From Tubulanus polymorphus (taxonomy: Eukaryota > Animalia > Nemertea): a DNA stretch of 64,000 nt. The stretch is taken from positions 13,634,656-13,698,655 of the forward strand of contig NC_134030.1 of NCBI RefSeq assembly GCF_964204645.1, written 5' to 3'. A program made the position numbers and the translations under genes. Shown in pieces: positions 1 through 12,675 of the stretch; positions within the stretch are counted from its first letter, which is position 1; each line of letters begins with the position of its first letter. The notes under the pieces were generated by a model. That model made no database searches. It was not told the DNA's origin and saw only the letters and a list, made by a program, of their open reading frames with translations.

Positions 1-1274
1 TGACCCATGGCTCTTAAGTTCAAAGTAATAATGTACCAAGTTTAGGGAAAATAACTTCGAGAATATAGGTGATACAGTGTTCTACCATTCCCTAGTGGCA
101 GTAGTATCAACAAATCTAGCTGCTTAGCCTAGTATACCTATGTACATGTACTCACACCAGGTTTTGTGATATCTATAATAAAATGGCAGAATTACACCCG
201 TAAAACGGATGATAGAATGACTTTTCAAGATTAATGCCCCCTAGTGATTAGAATAGGAACTAATTATGTTGTGTATCAATTATTATAGAAATCCCTCTAT
301 CCAATTAGAAGATATCAATGAAAATACATTTCCAACAACTTGTAGGTGGCGCTACTGGACCATCATATGAGTTACCTACTTAAACCATACATCAATACAA
401 GTGTCTTGTAAAGGGCTACTAACCACACATTGCAACATCGATTCTATCACCAACGGTTAAGGAGCTAGGAGCAAAAATCTCATTGAAAAATTTGGGGGTC
501 CCATTTTCGAGCCCGTAGAGCCCATACGGTTAATTGCAGATAGGGCGTGCCATTGACTTTTTTAGCCTCCGGGCTGTCATGAACAACTATCGTGCTCGGC
601 CGAAGCGGAAAACTCAAAGACAAAATTTTTCTCACACAGCACTTTTTCAATGTCAGAATTTTCAAAAGTAAAACGCCCCCCTGGTGGGTGAAAAGGGTCT
701 CTAATCAAAGATCCCTTCCACTTACCTCGAGGTACCTATGTTCCGTACATCTCACAAAAGTTTCAAGTAAATCCGTCAAGGAATATTGTAATGCTAGCAG
801 AATATAGTCATCCAGGCTCTCGCGTATAGATAGCTGCATTCATTAGCTCTATCCAGGCAAGTTACTGCAAGGATGCTATTGCTTGTATGCGGCACAAACA
901 AGGCTATAAAAATTCCTCAGTTGCGTTCACTCGAGACTGACCTCATTCAGTGTGCCTCATGTATAGTAGCAGAGATAAAAAATACTAAAAAACTACAGAT
1001 CTAGTACACAGCTCTATCAATGCTTACAGGGACACTAACACAGACACACGTACTGCGCGCTGTGGGAATGACAAGAAGGCAATACACATACGTAGATGGA
1101 TACTGTTTGAATCGGGCTTAAATTTCGATGTTTAGAGGCTCACAGTGAGTAAACAGTGCAATTCTGATTAATATTATAAACAGTATTTGTCAATGCAGCG
1201 TAGTACTTGTGATACAGAATGGTTTCACCGACAGTGAAAGTAAGTTACAGTTGTTTATATCCTCTAAGTAAGAT

Positions 1275-1575
1275 CCAGGAAGAAAGACACTAAATATTTG
1301 GATGGATATATGAAAGCTGTGGGTACTGGAGTGTGTAATGGGTAGTGATGACTTGAATTGCATGACTACCTACCACCCCTCATTATTGTTGGAAAACTAA
1401 ACGTTCCGCACTGACTAAAAATTGGTAATAACATTTTAGAAATGGCCAGAACTTTAACTTAGGTTCTATCTCATTTTTATTTTACAATTGCGATTGGTAT
1501 AATTTATTTCTAAACGGCCGTTAAGGCTTCATGTTTCGTCTGCAATTCACTGCAAATAGTTACGCAACTACGCAT
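1275..1575 (+). repeat. Dispersed repeat H, copy 1 (empty site for family A)
   Basis: Matches 10131-10360 joined to 14481-14575, and the reverse complement of about 53975-54195. Confidence 0.85.
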
Positions 1576-1582
1576 TTTTTCA

Positions 1583-2170
1583 TTGATAGTTCTCTATTTT
1601 CAAAGAAGGCGCAATAACCTTGAGGTAGGAGATCATTTATTAAATGGCTGTCGACGTCATCAGTTTTGGTTTCAGAAACGCAAAGAAAGTCAAAATTTTT
1701 CGTATATTCCACAAAGTCCGGTTTCGTTAATTTAGATAGTAGTCCGCACACATTGATGGCACCTATCTTAAAGTTGGTCTCATCGATATCCTACTTCGTG
1801 TCCATGGGCGTTATCAGTTTATGCTCTTTCCCGTCAATAATGAGTTTATCGCATACAAATACAGCCTTTTTTCCATTAGCTTTCGCATTCCGATACGTCG
1901 GAATCAGTGATCTCCTCTTATCCTGCTACTCCTTCGGGAGTTGTTCCGAAATACCGAAGTTTTTTCCCTTGAGTTTATTCGCTGAAGATCTAACAGTTTC
2001 TCGGTCTTTGTATTTTTAAAACTTCACTACGATAGGGCGGACTTAGTCTTTCTTTACGCTACCCATGCGATGGGCTCTTGCGAATTCCATCTCTGCAGAT
2101 GGAAGGTCCAGCTCAACCTGGATGAAATTTTTGATTACTATTTCAGGGTTCTCGTCTGCCGTTTCCTTCA
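1583..2170 (-). mobile_element. LINE fragment spanning the ORF1 C-terminus and the APE endonuclease start
   Basis: Minus strand reads YKDRETVRSSANKLKGKNFGISEQLP...KAVFVCDKLIIDG (L1TD1/Transposase_22-like ORF1 end), then LKIGAINVCGL...DFLCVSETK (APE N-terminus). Confidence 0.75.
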
Positions 2171-2182
2171 AACCGAATCCTT

Positions 2183-2512
2183 TTGAATCGAATCAACCCA
2201 ATTTTAAACAGGGTTCTGGCCCAAGTGATACCCTACTTGTGTACTAAGTCTGAAATGAATCAGTCACCAATTGCGGACTCTAGGCTGTTACCATCATTTT
2301 TCATGTTTGCCCCCTGGTGGCCATAATTTGAATCGAAACAACCCAATTTTAAAAAGGGTTCTACCCAAGTAATATCCTACTTGTGTACCAAGTTTGAAAT
2401 GATTTGGTTCACAATTGCGGCCTCTAGGCTGTTAACGTTGTTTTTCATGTCGGCCCCCTGGTGGCCAGAATATGAATCAAAACAACCCAATTAAATGCCG
2501 GGGGCATAATAA
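2183..2512 (-). mobile_element. Short Helentron/HINE-like element remnant with about 2.3 tandem units of about 140 bp
   Basis: Repeated unit gaatcgaa.caacccaatttt...cccctggtggcca; terminus atgccgggggcataataa. Confidence 0.5.
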
Positions 2513-3202
2513 TTATAAGAAATACAGTGATGAAATGATGATACAATGGCCCACAAAGTGCTTCTTGATTAACCAATTCCTCGAGAGCTGAAAATGGGGC
2601 CTAATGTTTATTTCAACATAAAAAAAATCGATATACAGCTCGGAAAATGCTTCAGAAATTCAAAAATCTGTTTGTTTGTTTCTGCATTTGTTTGTCTCTC
2701 AATCAAAATGAAAATTCCACATGTGCTGTCCCCTGACCCTGGATCTGCCCCTGCAAAGTTCGCAGTTTTCTTACAAAGTATTTTCAAATAAATCAGTCCA
2801 CGAGCACTACGAAGATAATGATGGCGATTGCGCTATATTGCATAGTAAAACTGTTAAAACCACTCACTGACAGGTAGGCCCTTTGGTCGCCTCAAAACTT
2901 TTCATAATTTCAGCAAAAATTTGAGAACCTAAATACAATACATTATGATGGCCTTATCTTGGATCATGGATACAGGTGACACGTTTCAGGCATTTTTCTA
3001 TCGGATTATCAGTTCTATATGATACAGCGTTATGGCACTATATCCATGGCAGTAGAAGTACAACCGGTGGTCGGGAATGGCATGATTTTTACTAGCTACG
3101 ATGACCATAATGATCCGACCTAGATCTATTAACCTCATCTCCAATAAATATCGCTTTGACAAATATGATTTAAGAAAGCAAAGTCCCTATAATCAATCAT
3201 AT

Positions 3203-3666
3203 GGTAAACTTTGCATAAGTTGGATCGGCAAAAGTCGGATAAATGACAAGTCAAATAAATTCAGAGGTCCCATTTTTTTCTTCTTATTTTCAAGTAAATT
3301 TCTGTCCCAAAGTCGGATTTTACCAAAGTCGGAAACTCACCTATGTTGTAGTGTGGTCCCAAAATATAAAATCTATTCAAATTGTTGTCTCAAAGTTGGA
3401 TCATTTATTAATCATGTATAAAATTACATTTTTCTTTCAGATGTTAACAATAGGCTTCATCATAACCAGGATATTATGTTGAAATAGTGAATAAATATAA
3501 ATAAACAGGTGAGTTTCATTCATTTTCATGTTTCACTTTTATTTCATTCAGGGACGTTTTTCTATGGCCATATTGGATTTTTTACAAAAAAGTGAAAAAT
3601 CCGACTTGCCCATAGTCGGAATTTTTTTGCTGGTCCCAAATGATCCCATTCATGTAAGGTTTACTG
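3203..3666. mobile_element. Degenerate Tc1/mariner-type MITE
   Basis: Inverted ends ggtaaactttgcataagttggatc and gatcccattcatgtaaggtttactg|ta; TA flank. Confidence 0.5.
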
Positions 3667-4225
3667 TATAACGATACTGATCTAATCCATTCATCAACAA
3701 CAATAATAGAACTCCTGAATTATCCCATTAACCAATTTTACTAATAGTGAAGAATCTACGTTTTAGATTATTTTGCACATGTTAAGTATATTATCAAATA
3801 GAGCACATACTGGTATTTCTATATATTGATACAAATACTGAATTGATTACTTTTCTCATATACCGTACGTTCTAAATATCCTTTTTTTTCAGCTCCATGA
3901 TGGTTTTGTACTCCTCAGTGCGAAATAAAGAAATTAAAATGAATTCACAGGCAATCAAACTGCTCTACACATATCTTAGCTATCTATAGTTCTGTTGCCT
4001 GCAGGGCTTCTATGCGAAAAAGACAGACATCTTAGTAAGTGATTGAAGGACCCAGTCTCCATTGCCACAGGTCAAGTCCCAGAGTCCCTATACGGTCTGT
4101 CTCTACAGGCACGGGAGATCATATAGGCCTATAACATTTATAGGCTACTATAAAATGCATCAACTAAATTCCCGTGCAATTGAATTGACACGCTAGTTCC
4201 ATATACTTGGTGAAATGTGACTTAC

Positions 4226-4312
4226 ATGGCTTCATTTTTTGCTGTTTTGTAGAATGTAGAGTTTATTCGGTCTCTTTCATCCAGTATAGTTCGACTCATA
4301 TTATGTGACATC
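4226..4312 (-). CDS. DNAJC4: DNAJC4-like C-terminal coding exon (RMSHNMSRTILDERDRINSTFYKTAKNEA)
   Basis: Acceptor tttttcag, in phase with the upstream exon. LDERDRI...FY..A resembles the DNAJC4 motif MDEKDRII..FY.EA (recalled). Ends AT|gtaagt; unspliced read-through gives ATG TAA. Confidence 0.75.
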
Positions 4313-4747
4313 CTGAAAAAATGAAAATTTCGAAGTCTATTATAAATATCTGTGCTACCAACTTAGGGTGTAACATATTACAGATTATAACATGGTAATT
4401 AAATCTAGATTGCAATTATTTCATACAGGCTAGTGTTAACAAAACAGCTTGGTTCTTCGAAGGGATGACTACTTTTTAACCCACTTGGGAATTGCATTCA
4501 ATTTTTCTCTGTTGTTTAGCACTTTTTACACTTTTTACACTTTTTACAAGTTATCAAGGGAGATTTGGAAGACGCTTTCATCTATTTTGTGCATATGTAG
4601 CCTCTTAAATATCTCCTTAGGGCCAAATGACATGAGAAAAATTAGGTTAATTGGACATGAGATGACTATCCAGAACACCTTGTTTGTGCTTAAAACAGCC
4701 ATTTTCCCCAAATTCCAAGACCTGTAGCTTAACCCATTAGCACTCAA

Positions 4748-5196
4748 GTCACCCGTATCTGCCCTCCCTATAACTCCTCAAGCCACCCCAATCTGCCCCG
4801 ACACTTTTTTATATGCTGTACAAACACGGTTATACTGGGATTTAAACCCAAACACCCTAAAATTCCAAAAAATCATGTTTTTTAGTACCTCCCTAAAATT
4901 CAAGCCTTTTTTGCCAATTTTCCTAGAATATCCTAATTTTTACTTTCCGCTAACATCCGTACCGCATCGCGTCACATCCGTATCTGCCCTCCCTATAACT
5001 CCTCAAGCCACCTCAATCTGCCCCGACACTTTTTTATATGCTGCACAAACACGGTTATACTGGGATTTAAACCCCAAACACCCTAAAATTCCAAAAAATC
5101 ATGTTTTTTAGTACCTCCCTAAAATTCAAGCCTTTTTTGCCAATTTTCCTAGAATATCCTAATTTTTACTTTCCGCTAACATCCGTACCGCGTCGC
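4748..5196 (+). repeat. Near-perfect tandem duplication, 2 x about 224 bp
   Basis: gtcac..cgtatctgccctccc...ccgtaccgc(a/g)tcgcgtc repeated at 4748 and 4971; this explains the twin ORFs at 4875 and 5101. Confidence 0.9.
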
Positions 5197-6074
5197 GTCG
5201 CATCCTCTGTGATGATGTTGAGGGACAGGCATGATGTGATGTCTGAAGTAAAGTACAGCCATTCTGTCGTATTGATATTATCTGTATCAAAAGGCCAGGG
5301 GAAACAACACTACCTCATGTATTGGTGCGGGCCTTCAGGTGCCTTACCTACTTTGTACCTCATGGGGTAACCAGTAACAGGGTATAGTAGAGGGTGCCTC
5401 GTAACATGCGTTTCCAAAGCTTTCAGAAAAATTATTAATTAGTAATAATTAAAATTAATCTTTTTTGGTGTAAGGTCGGTCGATCTGGATGTTTGCTTCA
5501 GAATGCATTGATAAACTGCATAGCTGAGCACTGCCGTGTTTTAAAATGGCAATGAAAGTGAACTTGCACCAACCAAGAAATATAAAATGATTATTCCGTT
5601 GGGTACACTTATTGTTAAATGACCAGCTGCCATTTGAGACATTGATTTGGAAACACCGGGTCACATTCCTTATATTTTTCTGTGGGGAATTGTAAAAACT
5701 ATGGTTATCATAACACATGGATGAGAATTCCCCGCAGATCCTCAGATCTTGGTACCGAAAAATATCAGTTTACCAAATAGCCCAAAAATGATGTAAAACT
5801 ATAGGGGGGGGGGGGAGGGGGGTAGTGATGTTGTCGGGTGAACCTTAAGAGCGTTTGGTGCCTGTTTTACTAAATCGTCGCCTATTGCATTTCAATGCGT
5901 ATTCAGGTATGAAAACACTGATTTTGTTTCTATTATTATGCGTATGTATTTTATTGATGTATATACAAATATCCAGGCCACAGTTATTTCTATAAGAATG
6001 ATATTAGAGACCATGTGTACGAAGTGTAGAAAAATGGTCAACAGTTGGCACGGTCTTGGCATGGCTGTACTCAA

Positions 6075-7888
6075 TTAAGTACCATCAGACTCAAAGATCA
6101 GGTCAGATAACATTGACAGAGTGGTGTCCGCGGAAATTCCATCATGATACTGACCCGAACTTCGTCGTATTGTCATGAAACATATGGTTAATGGTCCATG
6201 TGGACATTATGAATAAGCGTAGCCCTTGCATGGCAGAGAATTCTTGCACCAAGAAGTATCCCAAAACATTTGTGACTGAAACAAAGCTTGGTAATGATGG
6301 ATATCCCCATTATCGGAGAATGCAAACTGAATCAGGTCACACAACAAATATACTGACAGTGCTTAATGGCAAGCAGCAAAATTTAACAGTTGACAATCGT
6401 TGGATAGTCCCTTACAACCCATGGTTATTGCTTCAAATCAATGCTCATGTCAATGTTGAGCTTTGTATGTCAATAAAGAGCATAAAGTATGTTCTTAAAT
6501 ATGTAAATAAGGGATGTGCCCAAGCTGTATTCTCTCTTACCCAGAAATCTAATGGTGATGAAATTCAGCAGTTTCAGCATGGCCGTTATGTTGGTAGTAC
6601 AGAGGCCCCATGGCGTATTATTCAACTTTCCAATTCATGAGCATTTCCCACCTGTTTTTCAATTAACAGTAAGTACACCTTGAAAATGGGCAGCAAGTTT
6701 ATTTTAAATCTCCAAATGTTTTGGCTGCTGCAAACAGTGCTCCACCTAAAACCACATTGACTGAGTTTTTCACATTATGCTCTCATGACAACTATGCTTA
6801 AACACTTATATACCCTGAAACTCCACTGTATTACACCTACAATAAGTCAACCCCATTCTCAGTGTTCTGGAATTTTCTACAGACCTTGCATAGGTCACGT
6901 TTACACTATCGGTCCAAAGCAGCAAGAAGTTATTTCCTGCGACTACTGTTACACTATGTTTGTGGGCCTACATATTTCTCTGACTTGAGAACAATAGATG
7001 GCTATCAACGTTATACTTTCTGAGAAGCTGGCCTGAAATATGGTTTAATTGAAAATGACAACCATTTGCACCTCGCGATGACTGAAGCTGCTGCTGCCCA
7101 CCCAGTACCGCTCTATAGACACAGCTCTTACAGATGGAGAGGCTGTTCATTTCCAAAATTGAGTTTCTTAACACCTTAGACTCGCCAGGACTACTCCCAC
7201 ATTTCTGGGAACTGAAGATCGGTTCCCCGATCATTATTCTGCATTCTCTCAATCCCCTCCATATAACCAATGGTACACGGTGTGTTGTGAAATCTCTACA
7301 GCCCAATCTGATTGAAGCCATTATACTCACTGGTCCATCTGCAATGCAGACAACATATATTCCACGAATTCCTCTAATTCCATCAGATACCAAACTTCCT
7401 TTTTCCTTCAAGAGACTTCAATTCCTGTTCGCCCATGTTTCGTGATGACTGTTAACAAGTCACAGGGGCAAACGTTTACCGCAGTTGGCATTGATCTTGT
7501 TAACCCTGCAAACTTATCATGACCCTGTTATAACACAGTGTGTATGTAGTACGTAATAAAGGTTAGTCGGTAAAAGATATTCAAAGCGGAAGTGTTGTTT
7601 TCTTCCATTGTCTGATATTGGTGATTGGTGTATTTTACCAAACATGTCCACAGATCTTTCCTCTCCTGTTTTAAGCCATGGTATGCTATATTTTGCATTG
7701 TCAAGGGTTAGCAGGGCCAGCGCACTTACTGTCCATGCACCCAATTAGACACGTAATATTGTAAATAATATAAACGTGTAATAAATGCAATGGTTTAGAT
7801 TTTAAAATTTCAGTGTTCGATCTTTTCTATGAACGATTTCTACTATCCTTGATCGCTATTTCATTCCTCTGGACGGGAATTTAGCTAG
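6075..7888 (+). mobile_element. Helitron Rep/PIF1-helicase relic with intact 3' terminus
   Basis: SAEIP, SPCM...CTKKYPK, DGYP.YRR, DNRWIVPYNP, AHVNVE, KYVLKY and DEI motifs, then EFLN...LKIGSPII, NGTR, IPRIPL, FKRLQF, MTVNKSQGQT, HG.LY.ALSRV. Frameshifts and deletions present. Hairpin attcctctggacgggaat followed by CTAG|T at 7885-7889. Confidence 0.92.
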
Positions 7889-8198
7889 TCTATAATAAAT
7901 CATAAAACGGTTCCTATTGCCTGCATAATTGAATGTTATGTCTGTCATGGACAACGGGTAAAACATTCTAGCCGTGGTCAGGGGGCTGTACAGCCATCTG
8001 AAATAAGCAACCCATTTGAAAAACCTACGATCTATAAGTACTATACCCATCACCGAACATTTGGAGGCTCCTCCACAGAAGCCATCTTGAACAACTCTTA
8101 CTACTGTGACAAAACCAGATCTTTGTGCATTGACGGCTGATATCATCAGCTGAGGTAGGTCTAAACTTTGCACTTTTACCGTGAATCGTAGTTTATGC

Positions 8199-8918
8199 CA
8201 GGGATGAAAACAGAGGAGTTTAAAAAATGGGGAAAAATTTGAAATAAAAGTATTAGAGGCTAACTACTGCTGGCCAAGCTAACAGTTGCGAGCACCAAAG
8301 GCGTAAAAAGCCCGTAATCAGGGGAGCTCCCCAAGAAAATTTTGAAATTTCAAGGTGTTTTTGGCGCACCTGAGGACCATTTTCCAATGACAAAATAAGA
8401 CTGCTGCCATGTGGGTGATGGTTCGTTGTTAATGTCTTGAGTACATGAAAAGGATGGCTCCGACGATATCTACATCACTAGAACATGTGGTAGAGTCCCA
8501 AGAGGAGCCCCTATCTATAACCTTCAAATCTATCACTCAAACCAAGCGTATTGTGCCTGAATTAAAACAATGACTACTTTCATTGAGCACGTAGGCTATG
8601 CTTTGTTGGATGAATTGAAGCGCGCGACCGCAGATTCTAAATATAGATTTCCCGCGCAGCACTTTTCCATGTATATGTATTATTAATCTGTACAGTGGCT
8701 CTAGACAAAAGCGGTTTTTCACAATGATGTTTTAAAAAAAGATTTCAGAGTTATGAGAAGCTTTTACGGTCTGTTCTTTAAGTATGCTACGATCTAAGTA
8801 TCAACTTTTCCCCAAGACCCTAACCCCCCTTTCATTTTCTCAACGGATCTACATCAATCTCAAGAACGATAAAAATGGACCCCCAACCGTAGAAATCCAC
8901 GGGAGATTTTGATCCCTG
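8199..8918. mobile_element. CAGGG-terminal MITE (hAT-related), probable 6-bp TSD
   Basis: TIR cagggatgaaaa / ttttgatccctg; flanks TTATGC / TTATAC; subterminal similarity to the element at 21025-21800. Confidence 0.6.
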
Positions 8919-9097
8919 TTATACTAAAGTTTTAGTTGCTTTATGTCCATTGTCTCACAGGATCAAAATTGTCAAGTCCTAAATGCCCATAATTAATCTT
9001 GCATCACACTTAAGGCATCACACATATCAGGCTAAACGTACAATGCGTATCATTAACTTTTATTCAGCAGTTCTCCCGATTTTGAAGTCATACGTTT

Positions 9098-9715
9098 GTG
9101 TATTTCAGCGGAAGGATACATTTGTCAATAAGCTCCATGAACAACAACTTAAATTTTAAGGTCTTTTGTGAATTTTTCGGTTGTTTCATTGAACCCGAAA
9201 ACATTGTCAACAAGTCTGCTAAGAAACTACTGGAAATTGACCTTACTGATGATAAGATCCAGTTCAAACCACATGACATGTTTATCGGTGAAGAAACACT
9301 CCAAGGGCTTAACAATGAGGATAGCCTTACAAAGATAAATTTCTTTGCTGACATAAAAAAAGTGTTCATAAATTGTGGGCTTTATATGCAAAGTAAATTA
9401 CCTATCAATAGTTCTGTACTGAAAGAGCTAGCATGCATTGATCCTAGCATAAGGTCACACTCCGTTGCCATTTAAGGCCTTAAGGCTTTAAAGGACAACT
9501 TTAACCCGGGGCGTTTCATTAATCCTGATGATGGATATTTTTACAGAGAACTAACAAAGTTTGCAATCGATGAAATGCTTCCAGATTATGAGGAAGATTC
9601 AGGAAAAATTGATAGCTGGTGGCATTCCATCATGAAAACAGAAGAATATCCATGTCTATGTGCTGTGGCCTGCGGCGACACTCAGCATATTTCATGGCCC
9701 TCAGCTTGAGGCCTT
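9098..9715 (+). pseudogene. hAT-related transposase C-terminal fragment
   Basis: FFGCFI.P, MFIGEE, Y.QSKLP.N..VLK.L.CIDP, IDSWW.....EYP.L and SIFHGPQ motifs; in-frame stop and frameshift. Confidence 0.65.
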
Positions 9716-10409
9716 TTTTTATATTAAACTTAACGTCATACAGAGTAAATGAACAAGTATCATGCTTGCTGAAGTCCAAAGGACATTATTAGCAATACAA
9801 AGTAAGAATTATATATGTTATGTTGTGGATGAAATAATGTTACTTAAATCACAAGAATTTACATTTGAATGACATAACAGATATTTATAGCAAGGAAAAT
9901 AATAATAACTATCAATACCATTATTATTATAACAATGATAGCAACGGCAGTGATAGTCAATTATAGCAAATATAGTTACGATCATAAACAGTACTAGTAA
10001 TGATGATGCCGACGACAATCAGGGCAAGGTAGCCTAATGACAACAGTGAAAATTATCATCATCAGAATCATTACCGCACTGAAATTAATACCAAGTACGA
10101 GTGACGAAAGGGGCTCAGATCATAAGGTTAACCAGGAAGAAAGCCACTAAATATTTGGATGGATAGATGAAAGCTCGGTGGATTTTCAACAACATGGAAG
10201 TAACGTGTAATAAATGATGACTTGAATTGCATGACTACCTACCACCCCTCATTATTGTTGGAAAACTAAACGTTCCGCACTGACTAAAAATTAGTAATAA
10301 TAATTAATAACATTTTAGAAATGGCCAGAATTTTAACTTAGGTTCTATCTCATTTTTATTAGGGTTTTCAGTTACATCACAGAAAACCCTATTGAGATTC
10401 GCGTGTTTC

Positions 10410-10446
<37 letters not shown>

Positions 10447-11479
10447 CATTTTTTTCCACACATTTTTTGTCAAAAGTACATAGGCTTTTTTACATTACTG
10501 CTGTTGCCGATACAATCCGTCTGATATCATTCAGCTCAGTTCGATCTACAAATACTCCGTGCGAATTTTGAAGAATCAACGTTACAAAAGCACTGTCGGG
10601 CCGTAAACATCGAAAATTGAGCCCCATTCAAAGAGCCGACATGTTTTTCTAAGTCGTCTTTCCAAAATCTACCGCACGTTACTTGTCACATCGATTATCA
10701 ATTCAAGCATAAATTAACAAATTTATTACCGAAAGATTGCACGTTCTGTCGCGGTTTTTAAAAACTAATTTTAACAGTAACCCATTTTCCTCATCAAATT
10801 ATATTACTGATACTCAGGAAATTTACTACTTTAGATTTTAAAAGCATTGTCGAGCCGTAAACATCGACAAATCGACGTGTGTCACTACATCGTCGTTCCG
10901 GGAATTAGCTGCGAGTTTCTCCTCATTCTGAGAATCAAATCGAGTACAAATTAATTTATTACTACCAGTGATTTGGCTGCGGGCGTCAAGCAGTTAATTT
11001 AGCGATACCTATTTTTCTTTACCAAATTTACCGTGTTTTTACTAAGATAAATCATAAGTGTACAATGTAGTCGTAGGCCTAAACTAAACACGCCGAAGAG
11101 ATATAGCGGAGAAAAGCTGTTATGGCGACGAGGTATCAAAATAAAAGAATATGTTACTTTATTCGGCCGCGGCCCTCTATATCAATACCATCAATACTCT
11201 ATATTTCCTACAGTACATACCGATCATTGTCAAATCCACAAGGTATTTACTAAATACAAGTATATAACACACTCCTATCCGTATGCTGGACTCACACTTG
11301 ACATTCGGAATAAGCGTGCGCTGTGGGGGAAAGGAGATCGTTCGCTGTGTCGCTTGAGGTGTTTATCGAGTTTTAGGCGACCTTAAAGCTTTAGTATGGT
11401 GGCTGATAAGATAAATAACACGAATATGCAAATAAGGGCGACATTATGACAAAACTAAAATAACGCGAGAAAACAATGA

Positions 11480-12675
11480 TTTTGATTTTGTCGCCCGCGA
11501 CAATTCATTATTTTGGTTTTATCGCCCTCGACAATTCATTACTTTAGTTTTATCGCCAGCGACAATGCATTATTTTGGTTTTGTCGCCCGCGACAATTCA
11601 TTATTTTGGTTTTATATTTTGTTTTTGTCGCACACGAAATTTTTCTTTTTTGGTTTTGTCGCCCGCGACAATTCAATATTTTGATTTTATCACCCGCGAC
11701 AATTCAATATTTTGGTTTTATCGCCCGCGACAATTCATTATTTTGGTTTTATCGCCCGCGACAATTCATTATTTTGGTTTTGTCGCCCCAACAATTCTTT
11801 TTTTGGTTTTGTCGCCTGCGACAATTCAATATTTTGGTTTTGTCGCCCGCGACAATTCATAATTTTAGTTTTATCGCCCGCGACAATTCAATATTTTGGT
11901 TTTGTCGCCCGCGACAATTCACCATTTTGATTTTGTCGCCTGGACAATTCACCATTTTGGTTTTGTCGCCCGCGACAATTCATTATTTTGGTTTTGTCGC
12001 CCCGACAATTCTTTTTTTGGTTTTGTTGCCCGCGACAATTCATTATTTTGGTTTTGTCGCCCGTGACAATTCAATATTTTGGTTTTATCGCCCGCGACAA
12101 TTCATTACTTTGGTTTTATCTCCAGTGACAATTCATTATTTTGGTTTTGTCGCCCGCGACAATTCTTGTTTTTGGTTTTGACGCCCGCGACAATTCATTA
12201 TTTTGGTTTTATACTTTGTTTTTGTCACCCGCGACAATTTTTTTTTGGTTTTGTCGCCCGCGACAATTCATTATTTTGGTTTTATCACCCGTGACAATTC
12301 AATATTTTGGTTTTATCGCCCTCGACAATTCATTATTTTGGTTTTGTTGCCCGAGACAATTCATTATTTTGGTTTTATCACCCGCGACAATTCATTATTT
12401 TGGTTTTGTCGCCCGGGACAATTCATTATTTTGGTTTTGTCGCCCGGGACAATTCATTATTTTGGTTTTATCGCCCGAGACAATTCATTATTTTGGTTTT
12501 ATCGCCCGCGACAATTCAATATTGTTGTTTTATCGCCCGCGACAATTCATTAGTTTGGTTTTATCGCCCGCAACAATTCATTAGTTTGGTTTTGTCGCCC
12601 GCGACAATTCAATATTTTGGTTTTATCACCCGCGACAATTCATTAGTTTGGTTTTGTCGCCCGCGACAATTCTTT
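11480..12675 (+). repeat. Tandem minisatellite, unit about 31 bp (ttttggttttgtcgcccgcgacaattcatta); resumes at 13936-14100
   Basis: Several dozen head-to-tail units with minor variants; lies inside family A copy 1 and is split by family B. Confidence 0.95.

Noticed and set aside
3441-3508. Plus-strand exon-like segment (tttcag...ag|gtgagt), with further candidates at about 1199-1239 and about 3893
   Set aside because: Lies within a MITE-like element, has no recognisable protein similarity, and cannot be supported without transcripts.
5205-5250. C/D-box snoRNA (GTGATGA...CTGA)
   Set aside because: The boxes are only about 40 nt apart and there is no convincing terminal stem.
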